A stretch of DNA of 64,000 nt, from the NCBI GenBank assembly GCA_017651185.1, contig JAGCDJ010000022.1, positions 26,688 through 90,687 of the forward strand, given 5' to 3'. Shown here piece after piece: positions 10,155 through 21,000 of this stretch (position 1 is the stretch's first letter; every line of letters begins with the position of its first letter). The position numbers were made by a program, and so were the translations under genes. Under the pieces are notes generated by a model. The model searched no databases, was not told the origin of the DNA, and saw only the letters and a list, made by a program, of their open reading frames with translations. Source of the DNA: Bacteroidales bacterium (GTDB lineage Bacteria; Bacteroidota; Bacteroidia; Bacteroidales; ML635J-15).

Positions 10155-10898
10155 ATGAACAATATTGAAGAAGCGGCTAAACTCATCACCAATGCAAAAT
10201 GTCTGTGCGTGTTCACCGGTGCTGGCGTATCGAAGGAAAGCGGAATTCCGACCTTCCGCGGAAGCGAGGACAGCGTTTACGAACAGTACGACCAGTCGAT
10301 GCTAGAACTCAACACATACATACATCGCACAGAAGAAGCATGGCCAGTAGTAAACAAGGTATTCTACAAGTATTTCAAAGAAGCCCAACCAAATAAGGCG
10401 CATACAACGCTTGCAAAATGGGAAAATGATGGCATGGTAAAGGCAGTCATCACACAGAACATCGACTCGCTGCATCAGGCGGCAGGAAGCAAGCATGTGA
10501 TTGAATTCCACGGAGGGAAAGGACATTTCGTCTGCCTCAAGTGCGGAAAGAAATATCCAACCGCTTCACTCAAGCTCACAAATGAAGTTCCTCGCTGCGA
10601 CTGTGGCGGAAAACTGAAGCCCGGATTCATATTCTTCGGCGAAGGAATTCCCGAAGATGCCTACACAGAATCGTTCGACCTTGCAGGAAAGTGCGATGTG
10701 ATGCTCGTCATCGGAACTACGGGTGAAGTTCAGCCTGCGGCATATCTCCCGCATGTAGCAAAACAGCACGGGGCAAAAATCATCGAGGTCAACCCGCAAC
10801 ATTCGGCATACACGGGCAGAATCACCGACATATACCTCGAAATGGGCGCAGTTGAAGCAATGACAAAGATTGACGAAGAAATACAAAAACTGAAATAA
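10155..10898 (+). CDS. cobB: NAD-dependent protein deacylase, Sir2 family
   Basis: GAGVSKESGIPTFRG NAD-binding motif, QNIDSLH motif, and a CxxC...CxC zinc ribbon (CLKCGKKY...CDCGGKLKP). Confidence 0.9.
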   Translation: MNNIEEAAKLITNAKCLCVFTGAGVSKESGIPTFRGSEDSVYEQYDQSMLELNTYIHRTEEAWPVVNKVFYKYFKEAQPNKAHTTLAKWENDGMVKAVITQNIDSLHQAAGSKHVIEFHGGKGHFVCLKCGKKYPTASLKLTNEVPRCDCGGKLKPGFIFFGEGIPEDAYTESFDLAGKCDVMLVIGTTGEVQPAAYLPHVAKQHGAKIIEVNPQHSAYTGRITDIYLEMGAVEAMTKIDEEIQKLK

Positions 10899-10900
10899 AG

Positions 10901-11845
10901 ATGAAGATAGTACAAGTAGAATCACTCGGTGTCTCGAAACAGGAACTCGATGATGCAAAACAGGAATTTGAAAAACTGGGACACCAATATATATATTATA
11001 CCGACATCCCCAAAAGCGAAGATGAACTTATTGCCCGCATGAAGGATGCCGACATAGTGAACATCAGCAACATAAAGCTAACAGCAAAAACTATAGAATC
11101 GTGTCCGAACCTGAAATACCTGAATGTTGCATTCACTGGTACCGACCATGTTGACATTGAGTGCTGCAAGAAGCATGGCATAAAGGTCAGCAATGCGGCT
11201 GGATATTCCACCGAAGCCGTTTCGGAACTTGCAGTAGGTCTTGCCGTAGCACTTATGCGCAACTTCAGCCAGATGGACAACAACACACGCAAGCTCGGCA
11301 ACCGCAACAACTATCTCGGCACCGAACTCTGCGGAAAGACTGTCGGTATTGTCGGCACGGGAGCCATAGGACTTGCTACTGCACGCATATTCAAGGCATT
11401 CAGTTGCAAAATACTCGCATATAGCAGAACACAAAAGAACATAGATGGCATAACCTACACCACATTGGATGAACTTTTTGCAAAATCAGACATCATTAGC
11501 TTGCACATTCCTGCAAATCCACAGACAAAAGGTTTGATAAGCAAGGATTTGCTTGCAAAGATGAAAGAAACGGCAATAATAATAAACACCGCTCGCGGAC
11601 CAGTGATGGACAATGCCGCACTTGCAGAACTGCTGAAGACAGGAAAGATTGCAGGCGCAGGAATCGACGTCTACGAAACCGAACCGCCTCTGCCCGAGAA
11701 TCATCCGCTCCTCTCCGCTCCCAACACGATACTATTGCCTCACGTCGGCTACGCCTCAAAGGAAGCAATGCAGAAAAGATTTGTCATAGTGAAGTCAAAT
11801 TTGCATTCGTATTTGCAAGGGAAACAGGTGAATGTGATATTATAA
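10901..11845 (+). CDS. D-isomer-specific 2-hydroxyacid dehydrogenase family protein
   Basis: Rossmann motif GIVGTGAIG, RGPVMD...GAGIDVYETEP, and the catalytic-His region LPHVGYASKEA. Confidence 0.88.
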   Translation: MKIVQVESLGVSKQELDDAKQEFEKLGHQYIYYTDIPKSEDELIARMKDADIVNISNIKLTAKTIESCPNLKYLNVAFTGTDHVDIECCKKHGIKVSNAAGYSTEAVSELAVGLAVALMRNFSQMDNNTRKLGNRNNYLGTELCGKTVGIVGTGAIGLATARIFKAFSCKILAYSRTQKNIDGITYTTLDELFAKSDIISLHIPANPQTKGLISKDLLAKMKETAIIINTARGPVMDNAALAELLKTGKIAGAGIDVYETEPPLPENHPLLSAPNTILLPHVGYASKEAMQKRFVIVKSNLHSYLQGKQVNVIL

Positions 11846-11863
11846 GAGACAAAACACCGAATT

Positions 11864-11903
11864 TAAAAAAATAGCGGTTGGAACACTAACCGCTATTTTT
11901 TTT
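11864..11903. terminator. bidirectional rho-independent terminator
   Basis: 9-bp stem ATAGCGGTT/AACCGCTAT (11871-79 / 11888-96), flanked by an A-run upstream and a T-run downstream. It sits between convergent genes. Confidence 0.7.
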
Positions 11904-11918
11904 AGTCAATCATAACCT

Positions 11919-12857
11919 CTATCGGCAAACAGGTCTTACGCTACGTCCCGCAAAGCGAACATAACCATTAACGGTACAATAACTAGAACTAAAATTAAGG
12001 TATCTTGCGCTAAACGGATACGAGGTATAAAGCGAACTAGACCAATAACTACCGTAACCGCTATTATAACTTTCTTCATAATAACCTACAGCCGGCATAA
12101 AAATACTGCTGCCATTTGGACCAGTAAATAAATTTCCGTTTACACCATTTTGCGTTGTCCATGTTACCGTGCATTTTTCATTCAATTCCAACATCTCTGT
12201 TTCGGTTGGCATTCTCCATCCAGCACCGCAAATTGCAGTAGCGACATCATCAGATGACTGAAGGGTCGTCAAATTATCTGTAAAGCCATTGTAACCATAT
12301 TCTGGGTTGTTGCAATATTTGGTCAATGTAGAAAGATCTCCGTGGCAATATGTGTAGTTGCTCCAGGTGAATCCATCTTTAAGATAAGTTTCACCCCATG
12401 CGTAATATCCGCCAAAATCTTCCGGGGTTTCTGCACCAACATTGCATGTTGCCCACTTAGTGCCGCTTGGCAAACCCAAGTCCACCCAATCATATCCATT
12501 CAATTGCCCTTGGGTTGGACCAGAAGCACCTCCGCCAGAACCACTGCCAGAACCTCCACCTGCTTGCCACATTGCATACAATATCATATCGGCAGTTACA
12601 GTTATCGTCTGCCCATCAGCGTAACTGTCACCTATGCCTGCAGGTGTTGTGTTCCAACCCGAGAAACTATAGCCATCCCGTGTGAACGCATTAATATCCA
12701 AGGCCTGCGATTTGCCTTCCGTAAAAGTCTGTGGAGTCATAACTCCATTGCCTCCGTTAGGCAAAAATGTTACGGTATAGGTCTCTTTCTTGCAACCAGA
12801 CATTGCAAAAACAGCAATAATAACAACTGCTAAAATCATAAAAGTTTTACTTCTCAT
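11919..12857 (-). CDS. surface lipoprotein with a Listeria-Bacteroides-type repeat and a FISUMP/DUF1566-like C-terminal domain
   Basis: ORF 11919..13052. The internal ATG at 12857 gives MRSKTFMILAVVIIAVFAMSGCKK (lipobox). YTVTFLPNGGNG...GYSFSGWNT...ADMILYAMW fits the flg_new repeat. A GGGSGSGSGGG linker follows, then GYYAWGE...GWRMPTETEMLEL...GRSVRPV, a FISUMP-like pattern. Confidence 0.65.
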   Translation of the reverse strand: MRSKTFMILAVVIIAVFAMSGCKKETYTVTFLPNGGNGVMTPQTFTEGKSQALDINAFTRDGYSFSGWNTTPAGIGDSYADGQTITVTADMILYAMWQAGGGSGSGSGGGASGPTQGQLNGYDWVDLGLPSGTKWATCNVGAETPEDFGGYYAWGETYLKDGFTWSNYTYCHGDLSTLTKYCNNPEYGYNGFTDNLTTLQSSDDVATAICGAGWRMPTETEMLELNEKCTVTWTTQNGVNGNLFTGPNGSSIFMPAVGYYEESYNSGYGSYWSSSLYTSYPFSARYLNFSSSYCTVNGYVRFAGRSVRPVCR

Positions 12858-13069
12858 ACATTCAAGCCCTAGTAATTTTGTGTCGAGCGCAACTTTTTCG
12901 TCCACCATCACCCAATGGACATTTTTCACAAAAGAAGCGTGGAGATGAATAAAACGCTTCGTAACAAATATCGTTGCAAATGTAATGAATAAAAAAGCAT
13001 ATAACAAATAAAAACATATCGAAACAATTAGAAACATAGAAATCCAAAACAAATCTTTGATTTTTTACT

Positions 13070-13077
13070 TACCTTTG
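13070..13077 (+). promoter_or_regulatory. Bacteroidota -7 promoter motif (TACCTTTG)
   Basis: TAnnTTTG match 21 nt upstream of the lgt ATG at 13098. Confidence 0.5.
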
Positions 13078-13097
13078 CGCCAACAAAATTCATTTCT

Positions 13098-13997
13098 ATG
13101 AACTTACTATATTTTGTCTGGGATGCCGACCCAGTGATGTTTTCAATCGGCGAACACGGAATAAGATGGTACGGACTACTGCTTGCAGTTGGATTCCTGC
13201 TCGGGTACATTGTACTTGGACGGATAATGAAGAAGGAAGGCTACGAACAAAAGCAAACCGACAAATTTGCCATATACATCATTTTGGGTTGTGTCATCGG
13301 ACTTCGCCTTGGGCACTGCCTGTTCTACAACCCGGGCTACTACCTCTCCCATCCGCTCGAAATACTGAAAGTATGGGAAGGCGGACTAGCAAGCCATGGT
13401 GGAGCAATCGGTATACTGCTTGCAATATGGCTATACTCGCGCCGCTCCAAAATGCCATATTTAGAATCTCTTGACAAGGTCGTAGTTGTGGTTCCGTTAG
13501 CAGGCACATTTGTACGCGTGGGAAATTTCATCAACAGTGAAATCCTTGGAGTCCCAACAACCTTGCCGTGGGGTGTAAAGTTCATGCGAAACATAGACGA
13601 CCTAAACGAAGCATACATAGTTTCCAACGGTGCTTGTCCCGACCTTGGCGTAGATTGTCTGTCGGACTTTATGATTGCTCGACATCCTACACAGCTTTAC
13701 GAAGCATTCTTCTACATTGCAATGTTCTTCGTATTCTTCCTAATATACAGCAAAATTGCCAAGAACTGGAAGCACGGCACTTTCCTCGGTTGGTTTGTGC
13801 TTGTTCTTTTCGGTTTCCGCTTCCTAATTGAATACACCAAGACCGAGCAAGCAGAATTTATATGGAACGCACCTATAACAATGGGACAACTGCTGAGTAT
13901 ACCTTTTATTATATTCGGAATCGTACTTGTTGTAAGACAGTATTGGAAAAAAGGGAAAACCGAACCTATTGCAAGTATGAAAAAGGATAAAAAATAA
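13098..13997 (+). CDS. lgt: prolipoprotein diacylglyceryl transferase
   Basis: 299 aa. The N-terminus ...PVMFSIGEHGIRWYGLLLAVGFLLGY and the GGLASHGG motif are typical of Lgt. Confidence 0.9.
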   Translation: MNLLYFVWDADPVMFSIGEHGIRWYGLLLAVGFLLGYIVLGRIMKKEGYEQKQTDKFAIYIILGCVIGLRLGHCLFYNPGYYLSHPLEILKVWEGGLASHGGAIGILLAIWLYSRRSKMPYLESLDKVVVVVPLAGTFVRVGNFINSEILGVPTTLPWGVKFMRNIDDLNEAYIVSNGACPDLGVDCLSDFMIARHPTQLYEAFFYIAMFFVFFLIYSKIAKNWKHGTFLGWFVLVLFGFRFLIEYTKTEQAEFIWNAPITMGQLLSIPFIIFGIVLVVRQYWKKGKTEPIASMKKDKK

Positions 13998-14125
13998 TAT
14001 ATAGGGCAGGTTTCAAACCTGCCCCAACATATACCATCACATTCATTATCAGACCTATGCCCAGCAAACATTGGGGTGTTAATTTTTTTTGCAAAAAATT
14101 AACTTGTGCATTGCTATAAATGCAA

Positions 14126-14133
14126 TACCTTTG
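14126..14133 (+). promoter_or_regulatory. Bacteroidota -7 promoter motif (TACCTTTG) ahead of metK
   Basis: TAnnTTTG match. It implies a ~105-110-nt leader before the metK ATG at 14251. Confidence 0.45.
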
Positions 14134-14250
14134 CAGTGAAATTTTGTGGAAAGATTTGGATGCTTGCAACCACGGAAAAAAATGCTAAAAACACAAATTC
14201 CCAGTTACATCCTTATCGTTCCTGTTATTAATGTTTAAAATTATTGACAG

Positions 14251-15510
14251 ATGAACTATTATTTTACATCAGAATCAGTGTCGGAAGGACATCCCGACAA
14301 AGTAGCAGACCAGATATCGGACTCGATACTAGATGAATTTCTGGCACAGGACCCGAAATCGAAAGTCGCATGCGAAACACTTGTAACCACTGGCTTGGTT
14401 GTTGTCGCTGGCGAAGTAAAGTCAACCGCATACGTTGATGTCCAGAGCGTAGTACGCAAAGTTGTCAACAACATAGGTTACACCAAGGGCGAATATCGCT
14501 TCGATGGCAATTCGTGCGGTGTTATGTCGGCAATACACGAACAGTCTCCCGACATCAACCAGGGCGTTGAAAAAGGCAAAGGTCTTCACGAAGAACAAGG
14601 AGCAGGCGACCAGGGAATGATGTTCGGCTACGCATGCAAGGACACCGACACCTACATGCCTCTCCCACTCGACCTTGCACACAGAATGCTTAAAAAATTG
14701 TCGGAAATCCGCCGCGAAGGCAAAGAAATGACTTACCTCCGTCCCGATGCAAAATCGCAGATAACCATTGAATACGACGAAAAGCACAATCCTGTAAGAA
14801 TCGACACCATTGTTATTTCAACCCAGCACGATGAGTTCGACAAGAACGAAAAGAAGATGCTCGACAAGATTGAAAAGGATGTCCGCAAGATTTTAATACC
14901 TAGAGTCATAGCCGATTTGCCAACACGCACACAGAAACTTTTCAAGAAAGACTTCAAGTTGTTTGTCAACCCGACAGGAAAATTCGTCATTGGCGGACCT
15001 CACGGCGACAGCGGACTTACAGGACGCAAGATTATCGTTGACACCTACGGTGGCAAAGGCGCACACGGCGGTGGAGCATTCAGCGGAAAAGACCCCTCAA
15101 AGGTTGACCGCTCGGCAGCATACGCAGCACGTCACATTGCCAAGAACCTTGTAGCAGCAGGAGTTGCTAACGAAATCCTCATTCAGGTTGCTTACGCAAT
15201 AGGCGTTGCAGAACCAGTCGGCATTTATGTCAACACATACGGAACTGCAAATGTCAAGATGAGCGATGCCGAAATCGCCGAGAAGGTAAAGAAAATCTTC
15301 CCGCTCACTCCCGAAGCAATACAGAAGCGCCTCAAGCTGTTGAATCCTATTTACGCAGAAACCGCAGCATACGGACATTTCGGTCGCGAGCCAAAGGTTG
15401 TAAAGAAAACTTTCATGGCCGACGGCAAGAAAATTGAAAAGGAAGTCGAACTTTTCACATGGGAAAAACTTGACTACGTTGACAAGGTGAAAAAAGGATT
15501 CGGAATTTAA
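14251..15510 (+). CDS. metK: S-adenosylmethionine synthetase
   Basis: 419 aa. [32 protein letters not shown] and [16 protein letters not shown] are canonical MetK motifs. Confidence 0.97.
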   Translation: MNYYFTSESVSEGHPDKVADQISDSILDEFLAQDPKSKVACETLVTTGLVVVAGEVKSTAYVDVQSVVRKVVNNIGYTKGEYRFDGNSCGVMSAIHEQSPDINQGVEKGKGLHEEQGAGDQGMMFGYACKDTDTYMPLPLDLAHRMLKKLSEIRREGKEMTYLRPDAKSQITIEYDEKHNPVRIDTIVISTQHDEFDKNEKKMLDKIEKDVRKILIPRVIADLPTRTQKLFKKDFKLFVNPTGKFVIGGPHGDSGLTGRKIIVDTYGGKGAHGGGAFSGKDPSKVDRSAAYAARHIAKNLVAAGVANEILIQVAYAIGVAEPVGIYVNTYGTANVKMSDAEIAEKVKKIFPLTPEAIQKRLKLLNPIYAETAAYGHFGREPKVVKKTFMADGKKIEKEVELFTWEKLDYVDKVKKGFGI

Positions 15511-15533
15511 CTACAAATTTGACTGACAGGTAT

Positions 15534-15570
15534 TATGCAAGCCATATTTGATGGCTTGCATATTTCTTTT
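15534..15570 (+). terminator. rho-independent terminator after metK
   Basis: Perfect 12-bp stem TATGCAAGCCAT/ATGGCTTGCATA (15534-45 / 15551-62), a 5-nt loop, then TTTCTTTTT. Confidence 0.8.
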
Positions 15571-15690
15571 TCACCACTGCTCCAACATAACAACATACTA
15601 ACTATCAACAAAATACAAAACAAAGCAAACATTTACCAATTATTTTTTGAAAAAAGAGGAAAGAAAATTCGTAGGTTCGAAAAAATGTAG

Positions 15691-15698
15691 TACCTTTG
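15691..15698 (+). promoter_or_regulatory. Bacteroidota -7 promoter motif (TACCTTTG) for rpsF-rpsR-rplI
   Basis: TAnnTTTG match 55 nt upstream of the rpsF ATG. Confidence 0.5.
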
Positions 15699-15752
15699 CC
15701 GAGCAAAAATTTTAAAGTATTTTATTTATTAACAAATTGATTTTTAAAGATT

Positions 15753-16097
15753 ATGATTAATCAGTACGAAACCGTTTTCATTGCAACTCCCGTTTTGTCT
15801 GAGCCACAGATGAAGGAAACGGTTGAAAAATTCAAAAAGTACATCTCCGAAAATGGAGAATTGGTACACGAAGAGGACTGGGGTCTTAGAAAAATGGCTT
15901 ACTCCATCCAGAAGAAAACAACAGGCTTTTACCACTTGTTTGAGTTCAAGGCCGATGGTTCATTCATCAACAAGCTCGAAACCGAGTACAGACGTGATGA
16001 AAAGATCATGCGCTTCCTTACCTTCAAGATGGACAAGCATGCAGTTGCTTACAGCGAAAAGAAAAGAAGAGAACAAGAATCTAAAAAGGAGGAATAA
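15753..16097 (+). CDS. rpsF: 30S ribosomal protein S6
   Basis: [17 protein letters not shown]...[18 protein letters not shown] is the canonical S6 sequence. Confidence 0.95.
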   Translation: MINQYETVFIATPVLSEPQMKETVEKFKKYISENGELVHEEDWGLRKMAYSIQKKTTGFYHLFEFKADGSFINKLETEYRRDEKIMRFLTFKMDKHAVAYSEKKRREQESKKEE

Positions 16098-16099
16098 TT

Positions 16100-16369
16100 A
16101 TGGCACAGAACAATTCAGAAATCAGATATTTAACTCCTTTGGCAGTTGAAGTAAAGAAGAAAAAATACTGCCGTTTCCTTAGAAGCCGCATTAAATATGT
16201 TGACTACAAGGATCCGCAGTTCCTCAAGAAGTTCTTGAACGAACAGGGTAAGATTTTGCCACGTCGTCTCACCGGAACATCACTGAAGTATCACCGTAAA
16301 GTCGCTCAGGCAGTTAAGAGAGCTAGACACCTCGCATTGTTGCCATACGTAACCGACATGATGAAATAA
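16100..16369 (+). CDS. rpsR: 30S ribosomal protein S18
   Basis: 89 aa. KKKYCRF...IKYVDYKD...[15 protein letters not shown]...[19 protein letters not shown] is the canonical S18 sequence. Confidence 0.95.
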   Translation: MAQNNSEIRYLTPLAVEVKKKKYCRFLRSRIKYVDYKDPQFLKKFLNEQGKILPRRLTGTSLKYHRKVAQAVKRARHLALLPYVTDMMK

Positions 16370-16386
16370 TTAAAGGAGGAATAGAA

Positions 16387-16842
16387 ATGGAAATCATACT
16401 GAAACAAGACGTAGAAAACTTAGGTCACAGAGACGAAATAGTTAATGTAAAACCAGGATACGGAAGAAACTATCTCATTCCTCAGGGTTACGCAATTCTT
16501 GCAACCGAAACTGCAAAGAAAATCCATGCAGAAAACATGAAGCAGAGAGCACACAAGGAAGCTAAGCTCCGCGAAGAAGCTGAAGCTCTCGCTGCTAAGA
16601 TGGAAGGTCTCGAACTTACTATCGCTACAAAGACTTCATCAACTGGAAAGATTTTCGGTTCAATCAACACCATTATGTTGGCAGAAGCTCTTGCAGCAAA
16701 GGGATTCGAAATCGACCGCAAGAACATCCTCATGAAGGACAAGGCGATAAAGGAAGTTGGAAAGTACAATGCTTCTGTTCGTCTCTACAAGAACATCAAG
16801 GCAAACTTCAGTTTCAACGTAATTACCGAAGAAGCAGAATAA
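16387..16842 (+). CDS. rplI: 50S ribosomal protein L9
   Basis: MEIILKQDVENLGHRDEIVNVKPGYGRNYLIPQGYA is the canonical L9 N-domain. Confidence 0.95.
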   Translation: MEIILKQDVENLGHRDEIVNVKPGYGRNYLIPQGYAILATETAKKIHAENMKQRAHKEAKLREEAEALAAKMEGLELTIATKTSSTGKIFGSINTIMLAEALAAKGFEIDRKNILMKDKAIKEVGKYNASVRLYKNIKANFSFNVITEEAE

Positions 16843-16867
16843 TACTTGAATTTATATCAAACAAAAA

Positions 16868-16888
16868 GGCGACAAATGTCGCCTTTTT
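16868..16888. terminator. bidirectional rho-independent terminator
   Basis: GGCGAC/GTCGCC stem (16868-73 / 16878-83) with AAAAA upstream and TTTTT downstream. It sits between convergent rplI and the AraC gene. Confidence 0.75.
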
Positions 16889-16903
16889 GTGTTTTTTATG
16901 CAT

Positions 16904-17842
16904 CTACCCTTTTTGCACAGACTCCCTATACTGCATTGGCGATTGATGTACGACCTGACGGAAATAACGGCAGAAGAAAGAATCGCTAGGGAAATTTAGA
17001 ACATCGGCAATCTGCTGCACACTCATATCGGTGGAATTCAGCAAGACCTTCGCCTCAACTATAACACGCTCCCTAATAAGTTGTATCGGAGTCTTCCCAG
17101 ATGCCAAATGAATCACCTTCGAGAAATATTTTGGAGAAACACAACACCGATCCGCATAAAACGACACTGTACGCTCCCTACCTGCGTACAACTGAAGATC
17201 ATCCATGAACTGAAGATACAGCTCTTGTTCGCGCCTGTTCTCAAACCCTTCGTTGCCACACAACGACATCTTCTTCATCAACGAAAGAAAGGCACCTGTA
17301 GCAATAAGCAAGTAACCCCGAACAACATCGCCACGATAGGCAGGATCGGTCGACAAATAGAACCTACGTACATCCTTATAGAGTTCAATCTGCCGCTGCA
17401 TTTCCTCTTTGCCGATATGGATGAGCAACGGAACAGAACGGTGCATTATGTACGACCCAGCATTTATTGCCGAGGAACCGAAAAAGTCCTCTCCAGCACT
17501 ATCGGCAAAAGCCATGCCCACCACCCGCAAGTCGTCGCTACTTGATACTAGTTCAACCATCGAACCTCCCTGAACAATAAAGATATCGTTGCTTTCAACG
17601 ACAAACTCGCTACGGTTGACAATAGTCCTCACACTTCCGCCACAACAAAGCAAGGCTGATGTAAATGTAAGTTTCATAGGAAATGAAATAGGACGTGAAT
17701 ACATGCTGAAATCCAGCAGATTATAATTGCCGTCGAGGTTATCGCCTATAAATATCGACTCGCCTAACGACATATTCTCGCTAACTTTGTTGAAAAAACC
17801 TAGCAATATCTGATCGAATGGTTGTTGCATACCGATTTTCAA
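16904..17842 (-). CDS. AraC family transcriptional regulator
   Basis: 312 aa. The C-terminal double HTH (SPKYFSKVIHLASGKTPIQLI...VQQIADVLNFPSDSFFCRYFRQVVHQSPMQYR) is typical of AraC/XylS. Confidence 0.85.
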   Translation of the reverse strand: MKIGMQQPFDQILLGFFNKVSENMSLGESIFIGDNLDGNYNLLDFSMYSRPISFPMKLTFTSALLCCGGSVRTIVNRSEFVVESNDIFIVQGGSMVELVSSSDDLRVVGMAFADSAGEDFFGSSAINAGSYIMHRSVPLLIHIGKEEMQRQIELYKDVRRFYLSTDPAYRGDVVRGYLLIATGAFLSLMKKMSLCGNEGFENRREQELYLQFMDDLQLYAGRERTVSFYADRCCVSPKYFSKVIHLASGKTPIQLIRERVIVEAKVLLNSTDMSVQQIADVLNFPSDSFFCRYFRQVVHQSPMQYRESVQKG

Positions 17843-17944
17843 TTTTTCACAAAGTTAAGAAAATTTACGCAAAACACCACACAAAAGCGAAAAATAGAAC
17901 ATTGGTAACGAAAGATAAGAAATAAATAATGTAGTTTTTGAACA

Positions 17945-17952
17945 TACTTTTG
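17945..17952 (+). promoter_or_regulatory. Bacteroidota -7 promoter motif (TACTTTTG) facing the MMPL gene
   Basis: TAnnTTTG match in the divergent AraC/MMPL intergenic region, ~120 nt upstream of the ATG at 18074. Confidence 0.35.
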
Positions 17953-18073
17953 CAAATTGTAAAATACAACATATATATTCATGCTTAATATTGGTAATCA
18001 AGTAATTATAACATCGGAAAGTTCAAGTTCCGACAACTTGGCCATATAAACGTTGCGAGAGAGGGAATACAGC

Positions 18074-21000
18074 ATGAAGAAAATCGATTTTGCAGGATTA
18101 CTTGTCAAGAAACGCTTGATATTCATGCTATCGGCATTTGCCATAGCCATCTTCTGCATACTTTTGATTCCTCGCACCAACATAAACTCCAACATGGCTC
18201 ACTATCTGCCAGACGATTCGCAAATGAAACATGGCATCGAACTGATGACAGAAGAGGCAGGAGACGATGGACTAGGTTCGGGCATGATACGCGTTATGTT
18301 TCTCTCGCTTCCCGACAGTTTGCGTTCTTCCACCAAGGACAAGCTCTCGAAAATAGAAGGTATCTCAAGCGTAATATACATAGGAGGCAGTGAGGAATAC
18401 AACCACGGAGATACGGTTCTATATGAAATCCTAGGCAATGGCAAATACAGCCAGCACGACCTTGCAAAAGAAATAAGAGCGACTTTTAACGAAAGTGCGA
18501 TTGTTGAAACAAGCGAAGCAGAAACCACAGCTCCGACAAGCGTCATGCTTATAGCACTAGTCCTGTTGGTATCAGTACTGCTAATTATGTGCGAATCGTG
18601 GCTTGAACCTCCGATATTCCTTGTCGCAATAGGCGTTGGCGTAGCAATAAACATGGGAACTAACGCTCTGCTCGAAAGCGTATCGGCAACGACAAACTCC
18701 ATTGCATCAATTCTACAGCTAGTACTCTCAATCGACTACTCGATAATCCTGATGAACCGCTATAGACAGGAAAAATCTAATGGCGGAGACAAGACAGATG
18801 CGATGTCACGCGCACTGAAAAGAGCAGCGTCACCAATATTGAGCAGCGCATTCACCACTATTGTAGGACTGCTTGCACTAGTATTCATGAAACTGAAAAT
18901 CGGTGCCGACATGGGCATTGTGCTTGCAAAAGGCGTATTATGCAGTTTAGTGGCAATATTCACAGTACTACCGTGGATTGTTCTCGCCCTCGACAATCCA
19001 ATAGAAAAAGCGAAAAAGCGCGTACTTAATTTCCACACCGAACGTCTAGCAGGATTCAGCATGAAGTTCCGCATTCCACTAGCAATCGGTTTTGCAACAA
19101 TATTCACTGGCGCCTACCTGCTTCACAAACACACAGACATTTCGTTCATGGCAAAGCAGAAATCGGTAATATCGGAAGTATTTCCTCAGAAAAACATAAC
19201 TGTGCTGATGTACGAAAATTCCGATTCTCTGCAAATTATATCAATTTCCGACACACTCTCAAAAAATCCGCACATAAAGTCGTTCATATCCTACCCCTCG
19301 CTCATGCAAAAGAAACATTCTGCAAGGGAAATTAAGGCAATGGTTGAAAATATGGCATCGCTTGCCACCGAGAACAACAGCGGATTCGACCTCAACAGCA
19401 TTGACCCAAACTTGATTATCAATGCGATATACTATATTGGAGCAGGAAAACTGGCAGAAGAAAAAATTGGAATTCACGACTTTGCCATACTGCTGTCGAA
19501 ACTAACAGCAGACAGCACGTTAACAGCAAACATTGACACATCAACAGACACAACCGAAAACTTTGCGGAAAAACTAGGAATACTTGTTTCTCTTACCGAT
19601 ACAAGCATAACGAACAACAAGCTAAGTCCAGAAGAAATATCGGAACTGCTTGGCATCGACACAGAACTCATCACACTGATATGTCCACGTGGAAGCAAGA
19701 TGACAATGCGTGAAGTAATAAGTACTTCAAGAGAATTTATAAACAGCAGCATCGTGGTAGCAAACGAAGTTTCGCACCCTCACGAGACCACATCTGCACA
19801 AACCGTGCAAAGCGATTCCAACGAAAAAATAACAGAAGAAAACACCGTTGATTCACAATCCGAAGAGCATGTCGCCCACATCGACGATAACGACAAAATA
19901 TACACCGACACCATAGCAATCAGACAGCAATACTCATCTGCCGAAATCGCACAAATCATAGGCATGAAGGAAAAGAGCGCATCGCTTATATACACGCTTT
20001 ACGGCAGAAACAAAGGCACAAAGGTAAAAACGATGTCGCTATACGAATTTATATGCTTCATCAACCACGACTTGTCCAAGAGGAAAATATTTGCTTCGCA
20101 AGTTGACGAAGAAAGTCGCAAATGGTTAACACACAAGGAAGAATTAATGTTCAATGCTCTCAATGCAAAAACAGAGGAAACAATTGAAGAAGAGAAAACC
20201 ATAGAAACCAACGAATATCAGGTTGAAACATATACAGAAGACGACGAACCAATTGATGCTATTGGATTTTCTATGCCGGTAATCGATACTGAAACTCTGG
20301 CAATGCTCGACAAAGCGGAACGCATAATGGACATTGCCGACGAAGACAGCACATTCAGTGCCAAAGAAATGCATAACCTTTTCGCATCGCTTGACAATGA
20401 GGTGAAAATCGACGACATAGAACTCGCCTACCTGTACTACGGATGTCAGAATTTTGACGACGACAACATAAAAATGTCAGCAGAAGACATAATTGGCGTC
20501 GTAAACGACTCCATAGTTGACAATCCGAAATTTGCCACAATTGTCAATGATGAAATGAAAAACGAGATGGCAAAACTTGATGCAACTATCGATGAAAACC
20601 TTGGAAGACTACGAGGAGGAAGATTCTCGCAAACCATAATATTCTCAGATTATCCCACCGAATCCGATGAAACCGACGATTTTGTAACTTCACTTAGCGA
20701 AATTTGCAATAACAATCTCAGAGGAGAACACTATTTGATAGGAGAATCTGTCATGATGCACGAAATGCGCAATCAGTTCGACTACGAAATGCTACTAGTC
20801 ACGCTAATTACAGTACTGTCAATATTCCTCATAGTTGCAATCACATTCCGCTCGTTAGCAGTACCTGCAATACTGGTAATGACGGTGATGTCGGCAGTAT
20901 ACATAAACGTGTACCTCAGCGGACTGAACGGAGAACTGCTGTACCTCGCCTACCTTATAATGCAGAGCATACTCATGGGGGCAACAATCGACTACGGAAT

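Noticed and set aside
12858-13052. N-terminal 65-aa extension of the 11919 lipoprotein ORF; similar upstream extensions occur at 8439-8501, 24996-25031, 25639-25698, 31598-31630 and 41413-41538
   Set aside because: In every case an internal ATG is directly followed by a canonical signal peptide plus lipobox Cys. The extensions are hydrophobic or odd sequence reading through promoter regions.
14004-14024. GGGCAGGTT/AACCTGCCC stem-loop after lgt as a terminator
   Set aside because: It is a good 9-bp stem, but neither strand has a U-tract after it. I did not list it as a terminator, though it could still be a processing or attenuation structure.
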